Assembly (NCBI RefSeq): GCF_902713615.1
Contig: NW_024055760.1
Location: 1,353,712-1,417,711 of the forward strand
Source of the DNA: Scyliorhinus canicula
Taxonomy: Eukaryota
DNA length: 64,000 nt
Direction of reading: 5' to 3'
Each line of letters opens with the position of its first letter. Positions within the stretch are counted from its first letter, which is position 1. The notes beneath the pieces are model-generated. The model was not told the origin of the DNA and did not search any database. It saw nothing but the letters and a program-made list of their open reading frames with translations. Both the position numbers and the translations under genes were made by a program. Positions 1 through 11,769 of the stretch are shown here, in pieces.

Positions 1-2
1 AC

Positions 3-866
3 CCCAGTGTGAATTCGCTGATGTATAGCGAGTTGAGATGAGTGTCTGAACCCAGTCTCACAGTGAGAGCACCTAAACGGTCTCTCGTCAGTGTGAACAC
101 GTTGATGGCGCATCAGTTCCCCAGAACTTTTATAGCATTTCCCGCAATCTGAACATTGAAACGGTCTCTCATCAGTGTGAACTCGCTGGTGTGTTTGTAG
201 GGCAGATGACTGAGTGAATCCTTTTCCACATTTGGAGCATGTGAATGGTGTCTCCCCAGTGTGAACTGGCTGGTGACTCAGCAGGGCGGATGAGTGAATG
301 AATCTCTTCCCACACTTGGAGCAGGCGAATGGTCTCGCCCCAGTGTGAATTCGCTGATGTACAGTGAGGTCAGATGATCGTCTGAACCCAGTCCCGCAGT
401 GAGAGCACCTGAATGGTCTCTCATCAGTGTGAACACGTTGATGGCACTTCAGATCCCCAGAACCTTTATAGCATTTCCCGCAAGCTGGACATTGGAATGG
501 TCTCTCGTCAGTGTGAACTCGCTGGTGATTCAGCAAGTGGGCTGAAAGAGTAAATCCCTTCCCACATTCTGAGCAGGTGAATGGTCTCTCCCCAGTGTGA
601 ACTCGCTGGTGTGACAGCAGGGCTGATAGCTCAGTGAATCCTTTCCCAGAGCAGGTGAATGGTCTCTCCCCGGTGTGACTGCGTCGATGCGTTTCCAGCT
701 GGGATGGGGAAATGAATCCTTTCCCACAGTCCGCACATTTCCACGGTTTCTCCTGAGTGTGACTGCATTTGTGTTTCATGAGGCCTGATGATCGAGCGAA
801 TCCTCGTCCACACACACAACACATGTACGGTTTCTCCCCACTGTGAACGATGCTTTTTCCTTCCAT
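3..866 (-). CDS. Tandem C2H2 zinc-finger protein (ZNF-A), runs off the left edge, about 10 fingers visible
   Basis: Manual translation from ATG at 866: [32 protein letters not shown]...[29 protein letters not shown]...; no stop in the window; HTGERPF-type linkers; splice acceptor (tttcacAG) at 975-976, so the exon starts at 974. Absent from the ORF track, presumably because it runs off the edge. Confidence 0.9.
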   Translation of the reverse strand, partial: MEGKSIVHSGEKPYMCCVCGRGFARSSGLMKHKCSHTQEKPWKCADCGKGFISPSQLETHRRSHTGERPFTCSGKGFTELSALLSHQRVHTGERPFTCSECGKGFTLSAHLLNHQRVHTDERPFQCPACGKCYKGSGDLKCHQRVHTDERPFRCSHCGTGFRRSSDLTVHQRIHTGARPFACSKCGKRFIHSSALLSHQPVHTGETPFTCSKCGKGFTQSSALQTHQRVHTDERPFQCSDCGKCYKSSGELMRHQRVHTDERPFRCSHCETGFRHSSQLAIHQRIHTG

Positions 867-1254
867 GTTCAAAGTCCGATGATACTCAGGTTATGATAAA
901 TTGAGGACTCTGTCAGATCCTGATGTGATGCTTGGTTTGAGTTTCCGGACTTTGAAGCCTCCCGTTCGAACACCCTGTGAAACTGATTGAAAACAGAAAA
1001 TAGGGAGTGAGAGAGAAGCCACAAAATCACAAAGGCAGGTTGTGAAATTGAGCTGAATCAATCTGGCCATTTGTGGGGCTGGCTCTGGGACAAAGTGACC
1101 ATGAAAACGGCTGGATTGTTATAAAAACCCCAACTGGCCTCTTTGGGAGGAGAAAGAAAGAGGTGAAGAGGGTTTTTGTATATCTACAAGACATAGCGAG
1201 AGAGTAGTTGGCAAAGCTTCATCAACAGTAATATTGATACTGAAACTATGCTTC

Positions 1255-1610
1255 CGGTGGCAATGATTAGCACTGCTGCCTCACAGCGCCAGGGACCCGG
1301 GTTCAATTGCGGCCTTGGTGACTGTGTGGAGTTTGCACTTTCTCCCCGTGTCTGCGTGGGTTTCCACCCGGTGCTCAGGTTTCATCCAATACTCCAGAGA
1401 AGGGAAAGTTAGGTGGATTGGCCTTGATAAATTGCCCCTTAGTGTCCAGGGATGTGCAGGTTAGGTGGGGCTATGGGGTTACAGGGACAGGGTCAGGGTG
1501 TGGGCCTAGGCAGGGTGCCCTTTCAGAGAGTCGGTGCAGACCCGATGGGCCAAAGGGCCTCCTTCTGCACTGTAGGAATTCTATGGTTCTAATTCTATTC
1601 TATGACTCTT
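1255..1610 (+). mobile_element. tRNA-derived V-SINE (HE1-like)
   Basis: tRNA-like head (A box, GGTTCAATT B box), central TCTCCCCGTGTCTGCGTGGGTTTCC core, AGGTGGATTGG...AAATTGCCC, CR1-like tail ending in ttcta repeats. Confidence 0.85.
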
Positions 1611-1983
1611 TCTAAAGCTCTGGTCACCACTCTTCAGGAAGGATGTGAAGGTTCTTGGAGAAGGTGCAGAGGAGATTTACCAGAATGGTTCCAGCAAAGG
1701 AGGTTGAGGGGAGATTTGATTCAGGTCCACAAGATTATGCCAGATTTCCATCGGGTGGACAAATAAACTCTGTTTCCATTCACTGATCGTACAAGCAGCC
1801 GGGACACAGATTTAAAGTTTTGGGTAAAATCTGGATTGAACGATACAAGATCCGGAGGGGTTTTGACAGGGTGGATGTGGAGAGGATGTTTCCTCTTGTA
1901 GGAGAATCTGCTGCAAAGTGAGGGGTTACCCATTTCAGATGGGGATATGGATTTGTTTTTTCTCTTGAGGGTTGCAAGACAGG

Positions 1984-2425
1984 GGGTGGCACAGTGCTTA
2001 GCACTGCTGCCTCACAGCACCAGGAACCCGGGTTCAATTCCCGGGTCCCTGGTTTGCACTTCCTCCCCGTGTCTGTGTGGCTTTCCTCCGGGTGTTCCGG
2101 TTTATTCCCACAGTTCAAAGATGTGCAGGTGAGGTGAATTGGTTAGGACTGTATTCGCTGGAGTTCTGAAAAACGAGGGGGGATCTCATAGAAACCTATA
2201 AAAAGTGGGTGGCGCAGTGGTTGGCACTGCTGCCTTATATCACCGAGGACCCGGGTTCGATCCTGGCCCCGGGTCACTGTCTGTCTGGAGTTTTCACATT
2301 CTCTCTGTGTTTGCGTGGGTCTCACCCCCACAAATCCAAAGATGTGCAGATTAGGTGGATTGGACACGCTAAATTGCCCGTTAATTGGAAAAAATGAATT
2401 GGGCTCTCTAAATTTATTTTTAAAA
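1984..2425 (+). mobile_element. Two V-SINE copies (about 1984-2131 truncated; about 2207-2425) among CR1 3' fragments
   Basis: Repeated GGTGGC(A/G)CAGTG...GGTTCRAT heads and V-core; CR1 RT 3' remnants at about 1620-1980 and 2130-2205. Confidence 0.75.
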
Positions 2426-3609
2426 AGGACAGTGATTGACTGTCAGGCAAACAACCTTTATCCCATTTTCAATATTTTTATATGCGCTGAAGAGAAATGT
2501 TCAAAAATATTTTTTACTGTCCCAATGATTTTCCAGACACCCAGGTATGAATCTCGCCAAGGCAGAAGGTAAAATTTGAATTCATTGAAAGTTTACTGAT
2601 GACCATGAAAATCATTGTCAATTATTGCAAAGACCCATCTGGTTTACTCCTGCCCTTCAGTTAAGGAAATCTTCTATCCTTACCTGGTCTGGCCGACATG
2701 TGACCCCAGATCCACAGTCAGCTGGTTGACCCTTAAAATGCTCACTGAGATACACTCAGTTCAAGGACAATTAGGGAGGGGCAGTGAATGCTGGCCCAGC
2801 CAGCGACACCCACATCCCGTGAATGAATAAAAAAGAAAATCTGCCGTCCTTACCTGGTCTGGCCGACACGGTTCCAAACCACAGCAATGTGGTTGATTCT
2901 TTAAATGCCTTCTCATCCAATGAAAACATCTTCCACTTGCCTATCACATCAAACCTTTTCATAACCTTACAGGATCAGGCCATCCTTTATTCCCTTTCCA
3001 GAGAAAAGGTTATGCCCTGTCCAATCCCTTTTGCCAGGTATAACCTGCCAGTTCAGGCATAATTTAAATATATTTGCCTGCATCTTCTCCAGTCCTTCTA
3101 GGTCCATTTTGTGATGTGGAGACTTTACTTAATCTGAGCAGCAAACTCACCGTTGTCCTCAAATGCCTGTATGTTGCAGAATTTTAATCATTTCACCATT
3201 AGCTGAATGTAAGATGGGACAGAAGAAGCAGATCCAACAAGTCTGTAACACTGTAGAACATCTACAAACTTGCCTCTTCCCCATACTTCTAAACAGTTGA
3301 CTTTTTCACTCTTAGCCTGTCAGCTATGGTATTAAGAATAATGTGTCAGAGAAAGAGTGGATTTCAGCTCGATGACACTCGGCCAGACTAAATTTCCGTT
3401 CACAGGGTTGTGGAGCTAATGTCTCCATGTCATAAAATGGATCTGGAAGGAATGGGAAAGTATTCCAGAATGATGCCTGAACGAGCAGGTTACAGCCAGC
3501 AAGAAATGCAGGAGCTCCATGAGCCATATGGTCTCCACCCGCTTCCATTACTTGTGTTCTTGTGAACATCACTGTAAACCATTTCCATGCAGACACAACA
3601 GATGCAACA

Positions 3610-4200
3610 ACCACCAGTTCATCACCATCCTTCCCATATTCCAGGATTCCAAACACACTTTCCAGGTGACAATGATTTACTTGTACTTCTTGCTATCCAG
3701 TGATGTGTATTCACTGCTCCCGATTTGGTCTCCCCTACACTGAGGAGATTAAATCTGGATTGGGTGACTGTGGAACATCACCATTCAGTCTGCAAGCATA
3801 ATCCTGAGCTTCTGATCATTTTAATTCCCTGTCCCATTCCCACTCTGCCCACAGCCTCCTGCACTGCTCCAATAAAGCTCAAAGGAAACTCGAGGAACAA
3901 ACCTCATCCTGGATCAGTCAATTTCTGACCTTCCAGACACAACATTCATTTCAGTGATTTCAGATTATAATCATCACTCCGATATTTTTAGACAGTTGGT
4001 GCTGGTAACGGTTCTGCTGTTGCCATTTATACCTCATCGGGACCTGTCTTTTATTCTCTTGTCCTATTAGTTTATTTACTTATCTCATTGTCACCCAGAT
4101 TTGTCTTGCACCATTATCCCCTTTGTCATTTAATCACTTCAGCCTTACATCCTCCCAAACTGTCTCCCTCTGAAATGGCCCAGCAAACCACTCAGTTCCA
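3610..4200 (+). mobile_element. Degenerate Penelope-like element, GIY-YIG endonuclease C-terminus and 3' region
   Basis: Decayed codons resembling KHTFQV..FTCTS...Y(C)I.C.RCGL.Y.GET and KLEEQHLIF; pyrimidine-rich 3' region. Confidence 0.5.
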
Positions 4201-4249
4201 GGGCAATTAGGGATGGGCAACAAATACCGGCTCAGCCAACGACAGCCAC

Positions 4250-4550
4250 ATCCCAAAACACATAAAGGAAAGTTAGCAGTTAGAAAGGCAAATGCAATGT
4301 TCGCCCTCATTTCAAGAGAGCTACAAGATGAATGTCCCGTACCAGCCTCCCCGGACAGGCGCCGGAATGTGGCGACTAGGGGCTTTTCACAGTAACTTCA
4401 TTGAAGCCTACTCGTGACAATAAGCGATTTTCATTTCATTTCATTTTTCATTTAATGAATGGGGATGAGAAACATATCAGCCATAATCGAATGGCAGGGC
4501 AAACTGGAAAACTTGATGGGCTGAATGGCCTAATTCTGCTTCTCTTTTTT
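4250..4550 (+). mobile_element. CR1 3' fragments with an inserted short tRNA-SINE 3' end (about 4335-4445)
   Basis: aaggcaaatgcaatgtt and gatgggctgaatggcctaattctgct CR1 motifs; SINE tail gacaataagcgattttcatttca. Confidence 0.55.
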
Positions 4551-4919
4551 TTAATGAGGGGATCTCATAGAAACATTTGTAAAAATATTGTTGGAATCCA
4601 TCCCAGACCTGGATACAGATCAATTGATTCTTGGAGGAGACTTCAATTGTGTTCTGGACCCTAAATGGACTGGTTCAAGCTGATTCAACCACAACAAACA
4701 CATGAAAAAGGAATGAAACCAGACGGACCACCCGGCATCGACCCAGGCACCAGAAACAACAACGGCAAACCCAGCAACAGATTTTTTAAAACTGTTCCCA
4801 TCAGTAGATTGTAAAAGGGACACAGATTTAAGATTGTGAACAAGATCTACAGGGGAGATAGGAGGTAGACATTTTATACAGTGAGTGATAATGATATGGA
4901 ACTCAATGCTGACACACAA

Positions 4920-5180
4920 AGGTCGATAATCTCCAGATCCTGATAACCCGAATTTGATGTGAGGATTGGTTGTGAGTTTCCTGTCTGCGAATCCCTTTCT
5001 GAGCCCCTGTGAAAGAAGTTTACAAAGGCATCACTGTCAGTCCAGAAATAAAATTCAGGAAAGATAAACGTTTCTCCTGGTTTGAGTTTGCTGTGTGTAA
5101 ATCCTCCCCGACTAATCCCCTGTAAAAGGAGTTTTCAAAATTAATCACTGACAGTCCAGGATAGAAATTCACAACATTCT
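4920..5180 (-). pseudogene. Remnant of ZNF-family exon start with a duplicated splice-acceptor module
   Basis: Two copies of ccc|ctgt(g/a)aaa..aagttt.caaa...atcactg.cagtccag (near 5007 and 5120), homologous to the ZNF-B acceptor region at 19321-19380. Confidence 0.4.
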
Positions 5181-5549
5181 CTCCGCCTGCTCCCGGGTCC
5201 AAGATGACCGCTCATGCCTCCCACTGCACACTGACCCTCTTGCCATCAGCAGTCCCTCGATTTGACGGTGACATCTACTCGGGGTTGTGGGTTTCTGCCC
5301 TGGGTCTTCATGTGGCTGAACAGAGCCGCAGAGCTTTGGACACATGGGACAGGATGTCCAATGAGACAGTGAAATCCGGAGAGCAGGATTGGCTTCCTAT
5401 TCTTTCCATCTCTGCCATCGCTTTGCATCGTCAATAAGACATTGGGACTCAAAGACTAATCCAGTTTGATGGACAAGTTGCCTCCATTCTGAACAATGGG
5501 GAACAAGCTCCTCCCACTCATTGAAACATCGCCCCGACAAAGATGACAA

Positions 5550-7260
5550 ACGTGCATGCGCCCTGATGCATCCAATAAAGATGGCGGCCGTTAACTCGAG
5601 CCGAACATGAACTGCAGCTCCGTTCGGTACAAACTGGGTCCCAGAAACTCTTTTCCGAGGTTTGCAGCTTACAACAACTTTACACAACGTTTCCGCCCAC
5701 CCCCGCGATCTCTCGCTCCCTGCATATTGTTAAACGCCTCTCACCGATTTTGGAATTGATGCAGAACGGAGAATTTCACACTCAGCCAAAACTTCATTCA
5801 CTGTAGCGGTGTGAACGGAGAATTCCGGCCTATGTTTCTGTCAGGATATTGCTGGGGTAAAAGAAAAGTAAGAATTTGAATTGTATTTTTGTGTTTGTAT
5901 TGAGATCTTTCCAACCTTCTTTCTCCAATATAATATAGTTAATTTTTCTTTGATTCTTAGTATTAAAAGATAGGGCAGCACCACAGCACAGTTGCTTCAC
6001 AGCTCCAGGTTCGATTCCCGGCTTGGGTCACTGTCTGTACGTCCTCCCCGGGTCTCCGTGGATTTCATCCGGGTGCTCCGGTTCCCTCCCACAGTCCAAA
6101 GATGTGCAGTTTAGGTGGATTGGTCATGATCAATTGCCCTTAGTGTCCAGGCTACTGGGTTACGGGGTTAGGGTGGAGGCATGGCCTTGAGTCGGGTTCT
6201 CTTTCTAAGGACTGGTGCAGACTCGATGGGCCGAATGGCCTCCTTCAGCACTGTAAATTCTATGATTCTATGAAGACGCCCTTCAACATCGTCATTACCC
6301 AGACTGCGCATGCTTCAATCACAGCGGGTCCCACCCATCATTCACTCCGACTGGTTGGAGGACCAGCCGCCCTCACTCGGTCCTCCTGACCTGTCCCATC
6401 TCGTCCTATTGGTCGAGAGCTGCCGTCAATCACCCAGGCATTGTGACGGTTACAGATGGTGAGAGCAGCCGCAGGCTCAGGCTGACTGGCTGATTGTCCA
6501 ATAATAACAGTGAGAGTCTCAGTGGGACAATCAGACAATAATAGTGGAGATGGGGCCCAGAGGGGAAACAGCAAAGGATTCACTCACTTTGAGAGTAAAA
6601 CACTGTGTCTGATCTAATAAGAGTCAGACTGCAGTGTGTGAGTGAACACATCATTGGATCCAATGTAGAATCATAGAATCCCTACAGTGCTGAAGGAGGC
6701 CATTCGGCCCAGTGAATCTGCACCGCCCCTCATTCACTCCGATTGGTTGGAGGACCAGCAACTCCAGGTCAATTCTCCAGTCCCGCCCCTCCTCTTCCCA
6801 TTGGTCCAGAGCTGCCGTCAATCATCCGGTCATTGTGACGGTTCCAGGTGGTGAGAGCGTCCACAGGCTCAGGCTGACTCGCTGACTGGCCAATAATAAG
6901 AGTCTCACCAGGATCCTGAAGCACCGCATTGGTTACATCATCAGGGGGGCTCCTGAGCTCCGCTAATCAAAGATGGCGGCCGTGGAACTGGGCCTGACAT
7001 TCGATAAAAGCTCCGCAGCTGCAAACACGGGACTTGCAGGGACTTATTCCGGCCTTGTGAGCAGCAGGGGGTGTTTATGAAGCCTTCACTCCCTCCCCAC
7101 CCCGGCTCCCGGCTCCATTCCTCCCTCCGCCTCACCGACTCTCAACGCCCCAAACAGCCGCTCCCGCATTCGCAGACCTCCAAGCAAAGTGACACTGCGC
7201 ATGCTCCAGAGACAGCCCAGCATTGCGTCTGTGCACTGTGGAGCACAACCACAGCGCAGT
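5550..7260 (-). promoter_or_regulatory. CpG-rich ZNF promoter region with YY1, NRF1, CCAAT and GC boxes; putative non-coding first exon about 7136-7190
   Basis: AAGATGGCGGCCG (YY1) at 5578-5590 and 6970-6982; TGCGCATGC (NRF1-like) at 6305-6313 and 7196-7204; several CCAAT/ATTGG; minus-strand donors TCG|GTGAGG near 7135 and AAA|GTGAGT at 6587. Confidence 0.6.
5973..6272 (+). mobile_element. V-SINE
   Basis: GGGCAGCAC head, GGTTCGATTCCCGG B box, V-core, ttctatga tail. Confidence 0.8.
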
Positions 7261-7904
7261 GATTGTTGGGTAATAGCCGCACCATTGACACCCCAAACTT
7301 TATATACAAAATAACTTGGTTATCAATTGATAAAAATAATCAAACAAATTATTGTCAATGGGTAATCTGCTATTCAGTATTTTTCAAAATGATTAAATGC
7401 TGCTCTCCTGTGGATCAATGCAGAACCGAATGTTTTTTCCCCAATGGGTCCTCCCTCTCCTCCTCAGAAGATGCAAACACTTACTGGGTTCAATCCCAGA
7501 ATCAATAATTCCTCCATCTTCTTCCCTCTTGCTCGTGATACTGAATGTTCAATGTTTTCTAGAATGATCCAGCACAGATGTCACTCGGCACACCATGTCT
7601 ATACTGACCCTGTACAAGAGCTGCCACATTTCCTGGTTAAATTCCATTTGCTACTGTTCTGCCCATATGACCCACCCATCTGTATCATCATGTAATTTAA
7701 GGCTTTTCTCCTCGCTAGTTACCACACCAACAATTTTCCATCTGCAAACTTATCGATCATACCTTCACATATTTCAAGACATCGATTTGATATATAATTA
7801 CTATTGGTGACTGAGGATGCACCGGATCTCTATCAGCACCTGAACCTGTGCTTTCTTCCTTCGAGAGCTTTAATAACTCTGGAGAAACAATGCTGAAAAA
7901 GCTG

Positions 7905-8578
7905 GGGCGTAATTCTCCGCCACCTGGGAATCGGGGGGGGGGGGCGGGAATCACACCGCACCAGTCGGCGGGCCCCCCACAGCAATTCTCCAACCCGCGA
8001 TGGGCCAAAGTCCCGCCGCTGACAGGCTTCTCCCGCTGACGTGGTTTGAACCACCTCTGATGCTGGCGGGAGCAGGCGGCGCAAGCGGGCCCGGGGTCCT
8101 GGGGGGGGGGGACGCGGGGCGGTCGAACCCCAGGGGGTGCCCCCATGGTGGCCTCGCCCGCGATCGGGGCCCACCGATCGCCAGGCGGGCCAGTGCTGTG
8201 GGGGAACTCTTTTCTTCCGCCACCGCCACAGCCTCCACCATGGTGGAGGTGGAAGAGACCCCCCCTACCGCGCATGCGCCAGGATGACATCAGCAGTCGC
8301 TGATGCTCCGGCGCACGCGCGGCCTGATGCCGGCTGGCGAAGGCCTTTTGGCCAGCCGTTCGCTCCGGCTGTCAGGGCGGAAAGGCCGTTCACGGCGGCC
8401 GGCGGGGAGCCAAAGGCCGCTCGTGCCTGCCGGCGGAGCAGGAGCCACTCCGGTGCGATCTGAGCCCCTAAAGATGTGGAGAATTACGCACCTTTTGGGG
8501 AGGCCCGACGCCGGAGTGGTTGGGGCCACTCCGGTACGCCGGGACCCCTGCCTTGCCGGGTAGGGGAGAATACCACCC
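7905..8578. mobile_element. GC-rich non-autonomous DNA transposon (PIF/Harbinger-type MITE)
   Basis: 14-bp imperfect TIRs GGGCGTAATTCTCC (7905-7918) and GGAGAATACCACCC (8565-8578), 11/14 match; 3-bp CTG target duplication at 7902-7904 and 8579-8581. Confidence 0.7.
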
Positions 8579-8694
8579 CTGGTGTTCTGGTCAAGGCTAA
8601 TAAGTGAGTGCTGCTTTGCCTGTCTCTGAATTTACTCCACTCCTGTTCACGCCCCACTTATATAATACGCACTGACCATAATGACTGGGAAGAG

Positions 8695-11600
8695 TTTAGA
8701 ACATAGAACAGTAGGGCACAGGACAGGCCCGTCATCCACGACATTATGCCGACCATTTCTCCTAATCTAAGATCAACCTAACCTACACCCCTTCAATTTA
8801 CTGATGTCCATATGCCCAAAGTCCCGAATGACTCTGACTCCACCACCTCTGCTGGCAGTGCATTCCACGCAACCACAACTCTCGGTGTAAAGAACCTACC
8901 TCTGACATCGTCCCCATACCTTCCTCCAATCACCTTAAAATTATGTCTCCGCGTGATAGCCATTTCCGCCCTGGGGAAAGGTCTCTGGCTATCCACTCTA
9001 TCCATGCCTCTCATCACCTTGTACACCTCTCTCAAGTCACCTCTCTTCCTTCTTTACTCCAGTGAGAAAAGCCCTCGCTCCCTCAACCTTTCTTCATAAG
9101 ACATGCCCTCCAGTTCAGGCAGCATCCTGGTAAATCTCCTCTCTACCCTCTCCAAAGCATCCACATCCTTCCTATAATGAGGCGACCAGAACTGGACACA
9201 TATTCCAAGTGTGTCTAACAAGGGTTTAATAAAGCTCCGGGGAACATTGATGGGGGATTTCAGAGTTGGCACAGAGCGGGCATCAGACAGCTGAGGGACC
9301 TGTTTATTGATGGGAGGTTTGCGAGCCTGGGGGAGTTGGAGGAGAAATTTGGGCTCCCCCCGGGGAACATGTTCAGGTATCTGCAGGTAAAGGCATTTGC
9401 TAGGCGGCAGGTGGAGGGACCCCCCTCGCTTCCTGCGAGGGGGGTGAGCGACAGGGTGCTTTCAGAGGTCTGGGTCGGAGAGGGGAAGATATCTGATATC
9501 TACAAGGTTATGCAGGAGGCGGAGGAGGCATCAGTAGAGGAGCTGAAAGCTAAGTGGGAGGGGGAACTGGGGGAACAGATCGAAGACGGGACATGGGCTG
9601 ATGCTCTGGCGAGGGTTAATTCTTCCTCCTCGTGTGTGCGGCTTAGCCTCATCCAATTCAAGGTGCTGCACCGGGCCCACATGACTGGGACGAGGATGAG
9701 TAGGTTCTCTGGGGGTGAAGACAGGTGTGTCAGGTGCTCGGGGAGTCCAGCGAACCATGCCCATATGTTCTGGGCATGCCCGGCACTGGAGGAGTTCTGG
9801 AAGGGGGTGGCGAGGACAGTGTCGAGGGTGGTGGGATCCATGGTCAAGCCAGGATGGGGACTCGCGATTTTTGGGGTTGGGGTGAAGCCGGGAGTGCAGG
9901 AGGCGAAAGAGGCCGGTGTGCTGGCCTTTGCGTCCCTAGTAGCCCGGCGAAGGATCTTGCTACAATGGAAGGATGCGAGGCCCCCAAGCGTGGAGACCTG
10001 GATCAATGACATGGCGGGTTTCATTAAGCTCGAGAAGGTCAAATTCGCCCTGAGAGGGTCGGTACAAGGGTTCTTTAGGCGGTGGCAACCTTTTCTCGAC
10101 TTTCTGGCTCAACGATAGGGTACAGGGACAGTAGCAGCAGCAACCCGGGGGGGAGGGGGGGAAGGGGGAGGGAAAAGGGGGGGGGGCGGACAATGACTAT
10201 GTTTGTTTATTTAATTTAAATTTATTTTTAAGTTCTTTTGTTGTTCATTGGGGTTGGGGGGGGTGGGGGATGGGATACATGCGTCGATACGGTCTGGGGG
10301 TGTTACAGTTATTATGGGTTATTTTGTTGCATTTCATTGTTTGTCGTTATGTTTTATATTTTCTGTAAAAAATTCCAATAAAAATTATATTTTAAAAAAA
10401 GGGTTTAATAAGGCTGCAGCAAAACATCGCGGCTCTTAAACTCAATTCCCCTGTTAATGAAAGCCAACACACCAAATGCCTTCTTAACAACCCTATCAAC
10501 CTGGGTGGCAACTTTGAGGGATCTGTGTATGTGGACCCCAAGATCCCTCTGTTCCTCCACACTTCCAAGAATCCTGCCTTTTATCCCTGTATTCAGCATT
10601 CAAATTCGACCTTCCAAAATGAATAATTTCACATTTATCTAGGTTGAACTCCATCTGCCACTTCTCAGCCCAGCTCTGCATCCTGTCAATGTCCTGTTGT
10701 AACCTGCATCAGCCCCCAACACTATCTACAACTCCCCCAACCTTTGTGTCATCGGCAAACGTACTAACACGCCTTCCACTTCCTCATCCAAGTCATTTAT
10801 TAAAAACAACAAAGGGCAGAGGTCCAAGAACAGATCCCTGCAAGACACCACTGGTCATCGACCACCAGGCAGAATACTTTCCATCCACTACCCGCTGTAT
10901 TCTATTGGCCAGCCAATTCTGTATCCAGACAGCCAGATTTCCCTGTATCCCATGCCCCCTAACTTTCTGAATGAGCCTACCGTGGGGAACCTTATCAAAT
11001 GTCTTACTGAAATCCATATACACCACATCCACTGCCCAACCTTCATCAATGTGTCTCGTCACATCCTCAAAGAATTCAATGAGGCATGACTGACTATCTT
11101 TAATCAAACTATGGTTTTCTAAGTAATCATAAATCCTATCTATCACAATCCTTTCCAATAATTTGCTCACCACAGACGTAAGACTGATGGGTCTGTAATT
11201 CCCAGGGATTTCCCTATTCCCTTTCTTGAACAAGGGAACAATATTTGCCTCCCTCCAAACATCTGGTACTACTCCAGTGGAGAGCGAGGACACAACGATC
11301 ATCGCCAACGGCGCAGCAATCTCCTCCCTCACTTCCTGTAGTAACCTTGGGTATATCCCGTCAGGCCCAGGGGACTTATCTATCTTGATGCTTTTCAAAA
11401 TTTCCAGCACATCCTCCTTAATGTCAACCTGTTCGAGTCTATCAACCTGGTTCACACTGCTCTCATGAGCAACAAGGTCCCCCTCTCTCGTGAATACTGA
11501 AGCAACATATTCATTTAGGGCCTCACCCATCTCCTCACACTCGTGGAATGAGTTCCGTCCACTATCCCTGATCAGCCCTACTCTCAGGATATTGGTGCCT
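8695..11600 (-). mobile_element. CR1 LINE (RT region and 3' end), interrupted by an L1 at 9233-10398
   Basis: ORF-track peptides KSPGPDGIYPR, PGNYRPISLTS, YMDFSKTFDKVPH, SGVLQGSVLGP, WAEKWQMEFN; agaacatagaac tail at about 8700. Confidence 0.9.
9233..10398 (+). mobile_element. 5'-truncated L1-clade LINE (ORF2 C-terminal zinc knuckle, 3'UTR, A tail) nested in CR1
   Basis: ORF 9336-10118 with CVRC..HMFWACP motif; AATAAA plus A tail; 13-bp TSD AAGGGTTTAATAA at 9220-9232 and 10399-10411. Confidence 0.9.
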
Positions 11601-11609
11601 GAGATGAAC

Positions 11610-11765
11610 ATTTGAACTGTTTCGCACAGTCCTCATATTTCCACACGTTCTCTATGATGCCTGTGTCCTGTGTCTCTCCATGTTGGATGAGCAGTTGAAG
11701 CCTCGTCCACACAGGACACGTGCATGGTGTCTCTGTGCTGTGAATGGTGTGATGTCAGGCTGCGT
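11610..11765 (-). pseudogene. C2H2 zinc-finger remnant
   Basis: Reverse strand reads CPVCGRGFNCSSNMERH...VWKYEDCAKQF with frameshifts; homologous to the N-terminal fingers of ZNF-A and ZNF-B. Confidence 0.6.
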
Positions 11766-11769
11766 AACT

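Noticed and set aside
7757-8563. Cluster of GC-rich overlapping ORFs
   Set aside because: All lie inside the MITE; stop-poor GC-rich DNA with no transposase motifs.
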